Source: Candidatus Dormiibacterota bacterium (GTDB taxonomy: Bacteria; Chloroflexota; Dormibacteria; Aeolococcales; Aeolococcaceae). Taken from it: DNA of 64,000 nucleotides. The notes beneath the pieces are model-generated. The model did not search any database. It was not told the origin of the DNA and saw nothing but the letters and a program-made list of their open reading frames with translations. Positions within the stretch are counted from its first letter, which is position 1, and the number at the start of each line of letters is the position of its first letter. Below, piece by piece: positions 20,441-29,726 of the stretch. The translations under genes and the position numbers were made by a program. Location of the stretch: assembly GCA_963709585.1 (NCBI GenBank), contig CAVPXI010000007.1, positions 192,001 through 256,000 of the forward strand. Reading direction: 5' to 3'.

Positions 20441-23071
20441 TCAGCGAGCCCCAGGTGCTGGGGTCGCCGCCACCGCCGCAAACGCCATCGATGTGGTCGG
20501 CACCGCGACGTTGTGCGTGAGCAGCCTGCGCATCGCCAGCGGCGACAGCGGTTGCCCAAAGAGAAATCCCTGAGCCAGCTCGCACCCGAGATCGTTGAGC
20601 TCGCGGAGACACTCCTCGGTTTCGACGCCTTCGGCGATCACGCTCAGGCCGAGACCGACGCCGAAGTTGAACACGGAATGCGCAAAGCCGATCGACTTGA
20701 TGGGGCCGCAGAGCGAGGCCGTGAACGACCTGTCGATCTTCAGCACATCCACTGGGAAGTCCTGAAGCCTGCTCAGCGATGAATGCCCGGTCCCGAAATC
20801 GTCGAGCGCGATGCGCACGCCCAGTTCGCGAAGCGCATTGAGGCAGCCGATGATCGGCTCGGTGTCATAGATGATGTCCGCCTCGGTGACCTCGAGGATC
20901 AAGCGGCGCGCGTCGAGCCCGGTGTCCTGCAGGACGCTGCGGACGCTCTCGGCGAAGTCCGGCTCACGCAGCTGGCGCACGGCGACGTTCACGCTCACCG
21001 AGACCGGGTCGGCGCCGGCGACCTCCGGCCAGCCCTGCGCCTCTTCGCAGGCGCTGTGCAGGACCCATGCCCCGAGCTGTGTGATCAGTCCGGTCTCCTC
21101 CACCAGGCTGATGAAGTCGTCCGGCAGCACGGTCCCGCGAGTGGGATGTCGCCAGCGCAGCAGCGCTTCCGCGGCGACGATCGAGCAGGTCGAGACGCGC
21201 ACGATCGGTTGATACACCAGCTCGAATTCGACGGACTCCACGGCGTGGTAGAGATCGGCCTTGAGCCGGTGCCGGCGCTGCACCGCGGCATACATCGCAG
21301 GCTCGAACAGCTCCCAGCGCGACTTACCCGAACTCTTTGCGGTGTAGAGGGCGAGGTCGGCGTTCTGGAGCAGCTCCTGGCCGTCGCAGCCCGTGTCCAC
21401 AGCCGTTGCGATGCCGATGCTCGCGTGGGTCAGCACCTCCTCGGTGGCGATGATGAAGGGCTCGCGCAGTGCCTCGATCACCCGCTCGGCGATGCGTACC
21501 GCCGCCGCAGGGGCGTCGATTCCGATGAGCAGGACGGCAAACTCGTCACCCCCCAGCCGGGCGGCGACATCGCCGGGACGCAGGCACTGCCCGATTCTGT
21601 CGGCGATGGCCCGGAGGAGCTCATCGCCAGCAGCGTGACCGAGGCTGTCGTTGACCGTCTTGAAGTCATCGATGTCGATGAACAGCACGCCCACGTGCTG
21701 CCCGGTCTGCGCCAGCGCCTGCTCGACTCGGGAGCCGAAGAGCAGCCGGTTCGCCATCCCGGTCAACGGATCGTGCGACGCCTCATGGCGTAGCTGTTCC
21801 TGGAGCACGGTGAGCTGCGACAGCGAGTGCTGCAGCCTTCCCCGTTCGAGGATGACGCCGGTCTGATTGGCGAGCATCTCGAGCAGACGCAGATCCTCGT
21901 CATCGAATCCGGTGACCTCACCGAGGCGGTTGGCGATGAGCATGGTTCCCACCATGTTGTTCTCACCGCGCAACACCACGGCCATGGCATCGCGCAGCCC
22001 GCGCCGTTCCAGGAATCCGCTGGGATCGCTGTCGGCCTTGCCGTGGGCGCTCAGCAACAGCGGCGAGTTGATGAGGAGCCTGCTCATGAACTGCAGTTCC
22101 GCGTCGTCGAGGATGACGGGCGTCATGAACTGTGTCGTCTGCTCCTTGTCAAACGCCGTCCGCACGACAGCATCGCGTTCACGTGTGGGGAGGAAAGTGA
22201 TCTCCGCACGCTCCGCACGGAAGACCTCGCACGACTTTCGCAGCAACGCTGCAACGGCGTCATCGACGACTGCGGTGCGCTGCAGGTCCTTGCTCGACTG
22301 GTAGAGGAAGTCGACCTGATCGCGCTTCTCACGTTCGGCGACATAGAAGCGGTAGGCGATGAAGACGCCGAATGTCGGGATCGCGAGCAGCCAGATTTCG
22401 GCCGGATTCTCCCAGACGATGCGCACCCCGATCAGGGCAAGACAGGTGTTGACGACCGTGGCCGCCTGCGCGAACCCGAAGGTCGATGCGATACCGGCAC
22501 GATCGATACGCCCCTCGGAGAAGGAAATTGCGGCGAGGATCACCAGTGACTGGATCACCCCGCCGGCAAGAATCGCCACCAACACGCCGGCGAAGCTGAT
22601 CACGCTCAGTGGGTTCGTGTGATCGACGAGGTGCGTGAACAGCACCGCGACGACGCTGTTGGCGACCGTGAAATTGGCCAGGTTGAAGGCCACCTTCAAC
22701 GGCGACTGGCGGCGATGGATCGACAATGCGAAGGCGGTCCCGGCGACCATCGAGAGCACCACGACCAATGGCGGCGCGAAGAAGAATCCAACGACCAGCG
22801 GCAGCTCACTGAGCGAGAAGGAGTGAGCGTCGCGGCGGAACTGGATGTGGACCACGAACACCTCGGCCGCACAGAAGAGCGGGATGAGCATCCACCAGGG
22901 GGTCTGGCGCGGCGCCGGAAGTCCGTGAAGCCGGGCCACCACCTCGACCAGGAGGACCACGGCGGTCGCCGCGAGCACCAACGTCAGAAGGTGGACTCGG
23001 TGTCCCCTTCGAGCCGATGCCCCGTGTCCGGGATCGCCCGCAGATGCGGCGTCCTCGACCTCCTTGGCCAT
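20441..23071 (-). CDS. Membrane sensor + GAF + GGDEF-EAL protein
   Basis: About 7 TM helices (AEVFVVHIQFRRDAHSFSLSELP), GAF-like region, GGDEF, AEALLRW, DDFGTG. Confidence 0.9.
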   Translation of the reverse strand: MAKEVEDAASAGDPGHGASARRGHRVHLLTLVLAATAVVLLVEVVARLHGLPAPRQTPWWMLIPLFCAAEVFVVHIQFRRDAHSFSLSELPLVVGFFFAPPLVVVLSMVAGTAFALSIHRRQSPLKVAFNLANFTVANSVVAVLFTHLVDHTNPLSVISFAGVLVAILAGGVIQSLVILAAISFSEGRIDRAGIASTFGFAQAATVVNTCLALIGVRIVWENPAEIWLLAIPTFGVFIAYRFYVAEREKRDQVDFLYQSSKDLQRTAVVDDAVAALLRKSCEVFRAERAEITFLPTRERDAVVRTAFDKEQTTQFMTPVILDDAELQFMSRLLINSPLLLSAHGKADSDPSGFLERRGLRDAMAVVLRGENNMVGTMLIANRLGEVTGFDDEDLRLLEMLANQTGVILERGRLQHSLSQLTVLQEQLRHEASHDPLTGMANRLLFGSRVEQALAQTGQHVGVLFIDIDDFKTVNDSLGHAAGDELLRAIADRIGQCLRPGDVAARLGGDEFAVLLIGIDAPAAAVRIAERVIEALREPFIIATEEVLTHASIGIATAVDTGCDGQELLQNADLALYTAKSSGKSRWELFEPAMYAAVQRRHRLKADLYHAVESVEFELVYQPIVRVSTCSIVAAEALLRWRHPTRGTVLPDDFISLVEETGLITQLGAWVLHSACEEAQGWPEVAGADPVSVSVNVAVRQLREPDFAESVRSVLQDTGLDARRLILEVTEADIIYDTEPIIGCLNALRELGVRIALDDFGTGHSSLSRLQDFPVDVLKIDRSFTASLCGPIKSIGFAHSVFNFGVGLGLSVIAEGVETEECLRELNDLGCELAQGFLFGQPLSPLAMRRLLTHNVAVPTTSMAFAAVAATPAPGAR

Positions 23072-23209
23072 GCCCGAATCGTGCGTGACCTCAGGGTGAG
23101 CCGAACTCGCCGTGCCAGTCCTGTTGCCAAGCGGTAGCAGAGCTATCGGCGGTGCTGGCATCGGCTCGGAGAGGCGATGCCGACCAAGGGCACGACCATG
23201 GTCGCGGAC

Positions 23210-24973
23210 CTAAGTCCAGTCGTCTTCGGACCAGTTCGAAGCCGACCAGGATGCACCTGACCAGGACGCACCGGACCACGAGGCCCCAGACCATGAGGCG
23301 CCGGACCACGAGGCGCCAGACCAAGAGGCTCCCGACCATGAAGCCCCGGACCACGAGGCACCCGACCAGGAGGCGCCCGACCACGAAGATCCCGACCACG
23401 AGGAGCCGGACCACGACGAGCCGTTAAAGATCCCGCCGTTCCACGCGGAGGCATTCGCTTCGGACGAAGCCAGTGCCGACGTGCTCACCGCGTTGCCGAA
23501 GATGTCCCGCTCGCCGGTGAGCGCGTTGCCGTTGGCGTCGACGACGTGCTGTGAGCCACGCGATGCCTCGAGGCTGCCGGTGCCACTCGAGGTGGGCCAG
23601 GTCTGCGTGACGTTCGGTGTCGGCGCGTTGAGTACGGCGGCGAGGTTCAGCTCACCGCTGCCCTTGAGGGAGGTCGGGCCGTACATCGAGTGGGTGTGCC
23701 CGACCAGCAGTGCCTTCACCTGATCGGGACTGAGTGCGGGCCGCTGGCTGAGCAGGAGCGCCGCCGCGCCCGAGACGACGGCGGCTGCCTGCGACGAGCC
23801 GCTCCCGAGGAAGAAGCGGTTGCTCACACTTGCGGTGGCGCCGAATTGATCGTCGATGAACGATCCCGGATCCCGCAGAGAGACGACGTGGACGCCGGGC
23901 GCGGAGAGGTCGGGATTGCGTGTGCCGTCACCCTCGCTCGTGAAGCCCGCGGGGAAGTGATAGCGGACGGAGGTCGTGTTGTTGGTGTTCGACGCACCGA
24001 CGGCGATGACGTAGGGATCGATCGCCGGGTCGTCGAGGCCGTTGGAGTCGTTGCCCTGGTTGCCCGCTGCCACGACTACGACGATGCCGTGCAGCCAAGC
24101 CTGCTCGGCCGCGTAGGCGAGCGGATCGAGGACGTAGCTCTGTGGGCTGTCGGTGCCGTAGGAGAGATTAAGGACACCGATGTTCATGCCGTTGTCGTTC
24201 TGGTGCTGCACCACCCAGTCAATGGCGGCGAGCACCTGCGAGACATCGGTCTGGCCCGTCGCGTCGGCGACCTTCACGTTGACGATCTGCGCGTTCGGTG
24301 CCATGCCGAGGAAATGTGTGGAGTCGCTCGAGCTCACCGACGTCGCCTCGCTGTCGCGGCCGGCGATGATCCCCGCCATGTGCGTGCCGTGACCGAAGGT
24401 GTCGAGATACTCGAGCGACGGGTACTGCGATTCAAAGGAGAGATCGGGGCCGTTGACCACCTTTCCTGGGGTGCTCAGGCCGTTGACAGGGGACACGCCG
24501 GAGTCGATCAAGGCAACGCCAACTCCCTGCCCGGTATACCCCGCGTTCCAGTACGCATGGGCTCCGTCCATCTGCTCGATGTTGTACATGGAGTTGACGT
24601 CGGCCACGGGGTTGTACTGCGCGCCGGGCAGACCGTACGAGGAGCCGAGGAGTTGAACCGGGGCGTTGAGGGTGACCTGCGCGACGGCCGCCGAGGCGTT
24701 GAGCTCTGGGACGGAGTTCGCCGGGACCTCCGCGACGACGGCGTTGATCAGACTGATGTGCTGCTGGATATGGCCGCCAAGCGACGTGACCTGCTGATCC
24801 GCGGCGGCGCCCTGTCCGGGCTGCGCACGCACGATCACCGAGACGAGGTGCGCGCTGGCGTGGGCGGTGGTGGTCAGCGCGCCGGCGCTCAGGAGGACAG
24901 CAACGGCAGCCACCATCGCGCCCACCGTGCGGCGTTTGCGATCGTCCCAGCTGATGCCGTGTACCGGATCCAT
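23210..24973 (-). CDS. Secreted S8 (subtilisin-like) serine protease with C-terminal G(A/S)SWS repeats
   Basis: Signal peptide (AHA), I9-like prodomain, triad IDSG / HGTHMAG / GSSQA, oxyanion motif AAGN. Confidence 0.92.
   Translation of the reverse strand: MDPVHGISWDDRKRRTVGAMVAAVAVLLSAGALTTTAHASAHLVSVIVRAQPGQGAAADQQVTSLGGHIQQHISLINAVVAEVPANSVPELNASAAVAQVTLNAPVQLLGSSYGLPGAQYNPVADVNSMYNIEQMDGAHAYWNAGYTGQGVGVALIDSGVSPVNGLSTPGKVVNGPDLSFESQYPSLEYLDTFGHGTHMAGIIAGRDSEATSVSSSDSTHFLGMAPNAQIVNVKVADATGQTDVSQVLAAIDWVVQHQNDNGMNIGVLNLSYGTDSPQSYVLDPLAYAAEQAWLHGIVVVVAAGNQGNDSNGLDDPAIDPYVIAVGASNTNNTTSVRYHFPAGFTSEGDGTRNPDLSAPGVHVVSLRDPGSFIDDQFGATASVSNRFFLGSGSSQAAAVVSGAAALLLSQRPALSPDQVKALLVGHTHSMYGPTSLKGSGELNLAAVLNAPTPNVTQTWPTSSGTGSLEASRGSQHVVDANGNALTGERDIFGNAVSTSALASSEANASAWNGGIFNGSSWSGSSWSGSSWSGASWSGASWSGASWSGASWSGASWSGASWSGASWSGASWSGASWSASNWSEDDWT
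23243..23422 (-). repeat. 12 x 15-nt coding tandem repeat (3 GSSWS + 9 GASWS)
   Basis: Parsed from the DNA: 180 nt with invariant Trp codons and varying synonymous Gly/Ala/Ser codons. Confidence 0.95.
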
Positions 24974-25184
24974 CCCCTGTCAATCCCCCTACTCGTGCCG
25001 ACTTTGCGGCACCGTTCTCCCGCCTCTGATTCCCTGAGGTGAAGGCTAAGCGGGCTCTGCATCGTCGAATCCGCCCGCCATCGTTCTGCGACGCGGTGAT
25101 CCGATTTCGCCTGCGCAGATCCGATGTCGCCACGGGGCGGGGACGGGACGGCGAGGGACACCCCCGCCCTCGAGCGGGTACTCG

Positions 25185-27524
25185 CTAGACGGCGAGGACG
25201 ACGGGCGTCGCTGTCCGCATCCCGAGCTGGGCATGCAGATAGCGGCTCAGCTCCCTGGCCGGCAGTGGACGCGCGAAGTGGTACCCCTGCCCCAGGCGAC
25301 AGTGCAGGCGCACCAGCTCGTCGACCTGCTGGGGATGTTCGATCCCCTCGGCAACGATGTCGAGGTTCATCGTCCTCCCCAGCTCGATGATCCCGCGCGC
25401 GAGGTTGGCCTTCTCCGAGCCGGACGCGATGTCGTCGATGAAGGACTTGTCCACCTTGAGCACATCGATGGGGAAGTTGCGCAGGTGGCTGAGCGACGAG
25501 TAGCCCGTGCCGAAGTCGTCGAGGGCGATCCGTGCGCCGAGGGCGCGGAGCTCGGACAAACGCGCGCTCGTCGTGGTGGTGTCGTGCATCAGCGCGGTTT
25601 CGGTGATCTCCAGGGTCAGGTGTGCGGCGTCGAACCCGGTGGCGTCGAGCGCTTCGACCACCTGGGCGACGACGTCCGGTTGCTGGAGCTGGCGCGCCGA
25701 GAGGTTGATGCTCAGGTGCAACGCCGCGGCGTTGGGATGTGTCTGCTGCCATTCGCGCACATCGCGCATCGACGTGTGCATGACCATGCGACCGATCTGC
25801 ATGATCAAGCCCATGTCCTCCGCCACCGGAATGAACTCCGCAGGCGGCACCCACACGCCGTCGTCACGGTGCCAGCGAACCAACGCCTCGACGCCGACGG
25901 CCTCCCCGGACGCGAGCCACACAATCGGCTGGTAGTGCACCTCGAACTCCTCGAGCTGCACGGCCCGGCGCAATTTCCCTTCCAGGTGCGCTCGATCTGA
26001 CACGACCGCGTGCATGTCGGCCTCGTAGATCATGTGCTTGCCGAAGCCTTCGAGCTTGGCGCGATACATGGCCAGATCCGCATTGCGCAGCAGCGCATCG
26101 GCACCCGTGGCACCGGCATGGTCGACCACGACGCCGATGCTCGCCGTCACCGCCAGGTCATGGCCACCGATCTCGAACGGGTCGCGAAGCGTGTCGCTGA
26201 TCGCCTCGGCGAGGACCTCGGCACCCGCAGTCGAGGTGTTCTCGGCGAGCACTGCGAACTCGTCACCACCCAGGCGCGCCGCCAGGTCGGCGTCGCGCAG
26301 CGATGCGCGCAGCCGCTTGGCCACTGCCTCGAGCAGGCGGTCGCCCACGGTATGGCCGAGGCTGTCGTTGACCAGCTTGAAGCGGTCGAGGTCGAGGTAG
26401 AGGACCGCCAGGCTCGAGCCGACGCGGCTCGCGTTGGCCACAGCGCGAGCGAGGTGCTCGAAGAACAGCAAGCGGTTCGGCAGACCGGTGAGCGCGTCGT
26501 GATATGCGAGGTGACGCATCTGATCGACGGCCTTGGCGTCGTTCAGGGCGATGCTGGCGTGATGCGCGAGCGCGACCAGGGTCTCGCGCTCGGACTCGGT
26601 GTACGTGCGGTCGGGCAGGTACGTGGCCACGGTGATGCTGCCCACAGGCTTGCCGTTCTCATGGATGGGCGCGGCCAGGGCACTTTGCAAACGCGCGACG
26701 ACGAACTCCTCGACTGCCCCGTCGTCGTGCTGGTAGTTGTCGAGAACGACCACGCGATCCTCGACGATCGCCCGTCCCCCGGCGCCTTCTGAGACCAGCG
26801 CCCGCTTGGTGGCGGCCAGCACCGTGTGGGATATGCCCGCCGAGGACACGATGTTCATGTACCGAGGGTCGTCGCGGTCCACCAGGCGCAGGCCGACAAC
26901 CTCATCGCCGAGCAGCGCCTGCGCGCCTTCGACGACAGCATCGAGCACCTCCGGGAGCGGGGCGCGCTGCGCGATGGAGACCTGGATCCTGGCGAGTTGC
27001 TCCAAGACCGTCTGACGTTCCTGGAGCAGGCGTACGAGCCGGACGTTCTCCTGTGCGCGCAGTTCGCCCTCGGCGCGCAGGGCGCGTTCCTCCTCGAGCA
27101 TGCGCAGGGTCCGGAGCGTCATCGACAAGCTACGCCCCATCGCGCGCAGCAACCCGGTTTCCTCCGCCTGGAATCCGTCGCGCCCGGAGCGCGCCAGGAC
27201 CAGGTGACCGCCGATCTCCTCGATCGGGACGCTGATCGATCGGAGCTCACCGACACGGGGAAGACGAAGAAGGTGGGTCGACTCGCGTCCGGCCGCGAGC
27301 AGTGCAGCCACCGGTACCTGGTCCCTGGGGAAGCCGATCATCTTCACGACCGCCTCGTCGGTGACCACGGCAGCCACCTCCGCCTCCAACACCTCGGCAG
27401 CCCACTGCATCGCGCAGAGCATCGCCGCCGGCGGATCCGGACTGGCCGCAACCGCAACCAGAAATTCGGCCAGCTGTTGCGTGGACCAGCTGCTCGGCGG
27501 CGTGGTGATGTCGGACCTGCTCAT
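25185..27524 (-). CDS. Cytoplasmic GAF-GAF-GGDEF-EAL protein
   Basis: ATG 4 nt after the FIST stop; two GAF-like segments, DALTGLPNR, GGDEF, VEALVRW. Confidence 0.9.
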   Translation of the reverse strand: MSRSDITTPPSSWSTQQLAEFLVAVAASPDPPAAMLCAMQWAAEVLEAEVAAVVTDEAVVKMIGFPRDQVPVAALLAAGRESTHLLRLPRVGELRSISVPIEEIGGHLVLARSGRDGFQAEETGLLRAMGRSLSMTLRTLRMLEEERALRAEGELRAQENVRLVRLLQERQTVLEQLARIQVSIAQRAPLPEVLDAVVEGAQALLGDEVVGLRLVDRDDPRYMNIVSSAGISHTVLAATKRALVSEGAGGRAIVEDRVVVLDNYQHDDGAVEEFVVARLQSALAAPIHENGKPVGSITVATYLPDRTYTESERETLVALAHHASIALNDAKAVDQMRHLAYHDALTGLPNRLLFFEHLARAVANASRVGSSLAVLYLDLDRFKLVNDSLGHTVGDRLLEAVAKRLRASLRDADLAARLGGDEFAVLAENTSTAGAEVLAEAISDTLRDPFEIGGHDLAVTASIGVVVDHAGATGADALLRNADLAMYRAKLEGFGKHMIYEADMHAVVSDRAHLEGKLRRAVQLEEFEVHYQPIVWLASGEAVGVEALVRWHRDDGVWVPPAEFIPVAEDMGLIMQIGRMVMHTSMRDVREWQQTHPNAAALHLSINLSARQLQQPDVVAQVVEALDATGFDAAHLTLEITETALMHDTTTTSARLSELRALGARIALDDFGTGYSSLSHLRNFPIDVLKVDKSFIDDIASGSEKANLARGIIELGRTMNLDIVAEGIEHPQQVDELVRLHCRLGQGYHFARPLPARELSRYLHAQLGMRTATPVVLAV

Positions 27525-27528
27525 GCCA

Positions 27529-28736
27529 TCAGCCGAAGGCGAGCACCACCAGCGTCTGATTGTGGAATCCGCTGACGCCGCGAGTGCGCGCAATCTCGCC
27601 GTAGGTGTAGAAGCCGGCAACCGGCGACCCCTGCGAGAACGACCTGATCCGATCGACCTCCTTGCGAATCCCCGTGTCACCGAGAACACCGCGCCGCGCG
27701 ATGCAGTCGAACGCGAGGAAACCAAGCGGCGCGTGTCCCGACAGCCCGTCGACCGCCTGCGAGCAGGCGGTCGCGGTGGCTTGCAGGACCGAATCGGCGT
27801 CGCCCTCCATGATCCATGCCAGGCCGCCCTGTGGAACCTCAGCGATGCAGCCGATGGAGCGGTCGTCGAAATTCGCCTCGGCGATGAAGCGCACCTCCTC
27901 ACCGCTGCGCCTGGCGGAGACCGAACGGATGGGTGAGCGCGAAACGCGTGAACGCCGCGGGGTCGGTGCGCACATCCTCGGGAGCCTCGAGGCGTTCGAG
28001 GTAGACGTCGAGCGCCGGACGGTCGTCGAGCGCGAACACACGAGTTCCCGCTGCTCGAGGTCACCAGGAACGGCGCGCCGACGCGACCCCAGCCATGCTG
28101 GACGCCGATGCCGAAGGGTGCATCGGACGTGATCGCCGCGGCAAGGACGGAATCTTCGAGCACCTCGTCGTCGAAGAGCTGGAAGGTCTTGCGCATGGCG
28201 AGGTCGTCGCCCGCGCAGCCACCGACAAGCGGCACCGACCCGCCGACGACGCTGTAGGCGCCGCGCACCACCTCCTGCTGGTCGCCACCAAGGCCGTCGG
28301 TGAGGAGCAGGAGGATCTGGTTGTCGCCCGCAGCTCCGTTCTCGGCGCAGGTCGCGGCTGTCGCTCCAGCCCGGCGCAGGTCGCTCGAGGCATTGCGTGC
28401 GGCCTTGGTCGTCACCGAGTAGCCGGCGCCACCGATCGCGGTGACGACCACGCTGGCGTCGCTGGGGCCGTCGGTTGCGATCTCGCCAGCGGTGGAGCAG
28501 CCGATCAGCGGGGTGGCGGGCGCGACGCTGCGAATGCCGGTGAGCAGTGCCTGGAGATCGTGGACGGGGGAGACGAAGACGACGAGGAGCTTGGGATCGG
28601 GGCCTCGAAGCGCCGCGGTGGCGGCTTCAATGCCGGCCTGGCGCGAGGCCGTGTCGGTGGAAGAGCCGACGCCGATCCAGCGGTCGTCAGCGCTTGATTC
28701 GGCCGGCTCCACGACCGGTGCGGTGATTGTTTCCAT
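27529..28736 (-). CDS. FIST N/C (NosP-like) sensor protein with two frameshifts (about 28045 and 27918)
   Basis: LIGCSTAGEI, PLVGGCAGD, FDCIARR, GFYTYGEI, FHNQT; GGAGG RBS. Confidence 0.88.
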
Positions 28737-28978
28737 GGGGCGGACACCTCCAATCAGCGAAACCAGGCGCGGGGACTGTGCGGCCGATCCGAGGCGGGGT
28801 CGCCGTTCGGTGCCCACCCTACGGGGTGGTGGGTGCGATCGAGGCGCTGTTTACCGATCGTGACGGAAAGATTGCACGGCCTACCGCAATTCCGATGCAG
28901 ACCCGACTTCCCAATGCGTTGCTACCATTCGCGGCCGACGGAGCGTCAATCGAGCTCTGGCGAAATGGGAGCACAGAC

Positions 28979-29632
28979 ATGGACTTCACCAGGCTGCAGC
29001 AATCCGACGACTATCGGCGTCAGCGCGAGGAGCTGCGGGCTGCCGAGCTGGATCTGATTGACCACGCCGAGCGCGTGGCCGCGCTGCGGCGAACGCTGCC
29101 GGCCGACACTGTTGTCGACGACTACCAGCTGGTCGACGTTGCGAGCGGCGACCGGGTGCGGCTTTCACAACTGTTCAGCGCGCCAGACCGAGCGCTCATC
29201 CTGTACCACTTCATGTACGGCAAGGCTCAGACAGAGGCGTGCCCGTTGTGCACGATGTGGATCGACGGGTACAACGCCGTGACGCCTCACCTCACGCAGA
29301 ACGTCGATTTCGCCGTGGTCGCCGCCGCCGAGCCCGCTGCGCTCAGCGCTCACGCAGCATCGCGCGGCTGGAGCAACCTGCGACTGCTCAGCGCCGGCGA
29401 TAGCACGTTCAAATACGACCTTGGCAGCGAGGAGGCGGACGGCACCCAGACGGAGTGGATCTCGGTGTTCACCCGCAGAGGCGACGGCAGCGTGCGTCAC
29501 ATCTACTCGAAGGGCGCGCAGATGGCCGACAACCGACGCGAGCGCGGTATCGACCTGCTCAGCCCGGTGTGGAACCTCCTTGATCTCACGCCAACCGGCC
29601 GGGGCGACTGGTATCCCTTACTGCACTACTAG
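28979..29632 (+). CDS. DUF899 thioredoxin-like protein
   Basis: VAALRRTLP, YHFMYG..CPLCTMWIDG, WNLLDLTPTGR. Confidence 0.88.
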   Translation: MDFTRLQQSDDYRRQREELRAAELDLIDHAERVAALRRTLPADTVVDDYQLVDVASGDRVRLSQLFSAPDRALILYHFMYGKAQTEACPLCTMWIDGYNAVTPHLTQNVDFAVVAAAEPAALSAHAASRGWSNLRLLSAGDSTFKYDLGSEEADGTQTEWISVFTRRGDGSVRHIYSKGAQMADNRRERGIDLLSPVWNLLDLTPTGRGDWYPLLHY

Positions 29633-29726
29633 CCCAGCAAGCGGCCCTCGTCGCCGCAGCGATCGTTGCGCGAACGAGCACACGGCATGGGAAAGCGCAT
29701 CAGGCCCGGATTCCGGCACCCGTCGA

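Noticed and set aside
23243-23422. 15-nt tandem repeat as a CRISPR array or non-coding VNTR
   Set aside because: There are no spacers or cas genes, and variation falls mostly at synonymous positions of the S8 reading frame.
25185-28817. 1210-aa ORF suggesting a FIST-GAF-GGDEF-EAL fusion
   Set aside because: Its middle section is out-of-frame nonsense. The real FIST C-terminus lies in other frames and stops at 27529, and the enzyme has its own ATG at 27524.
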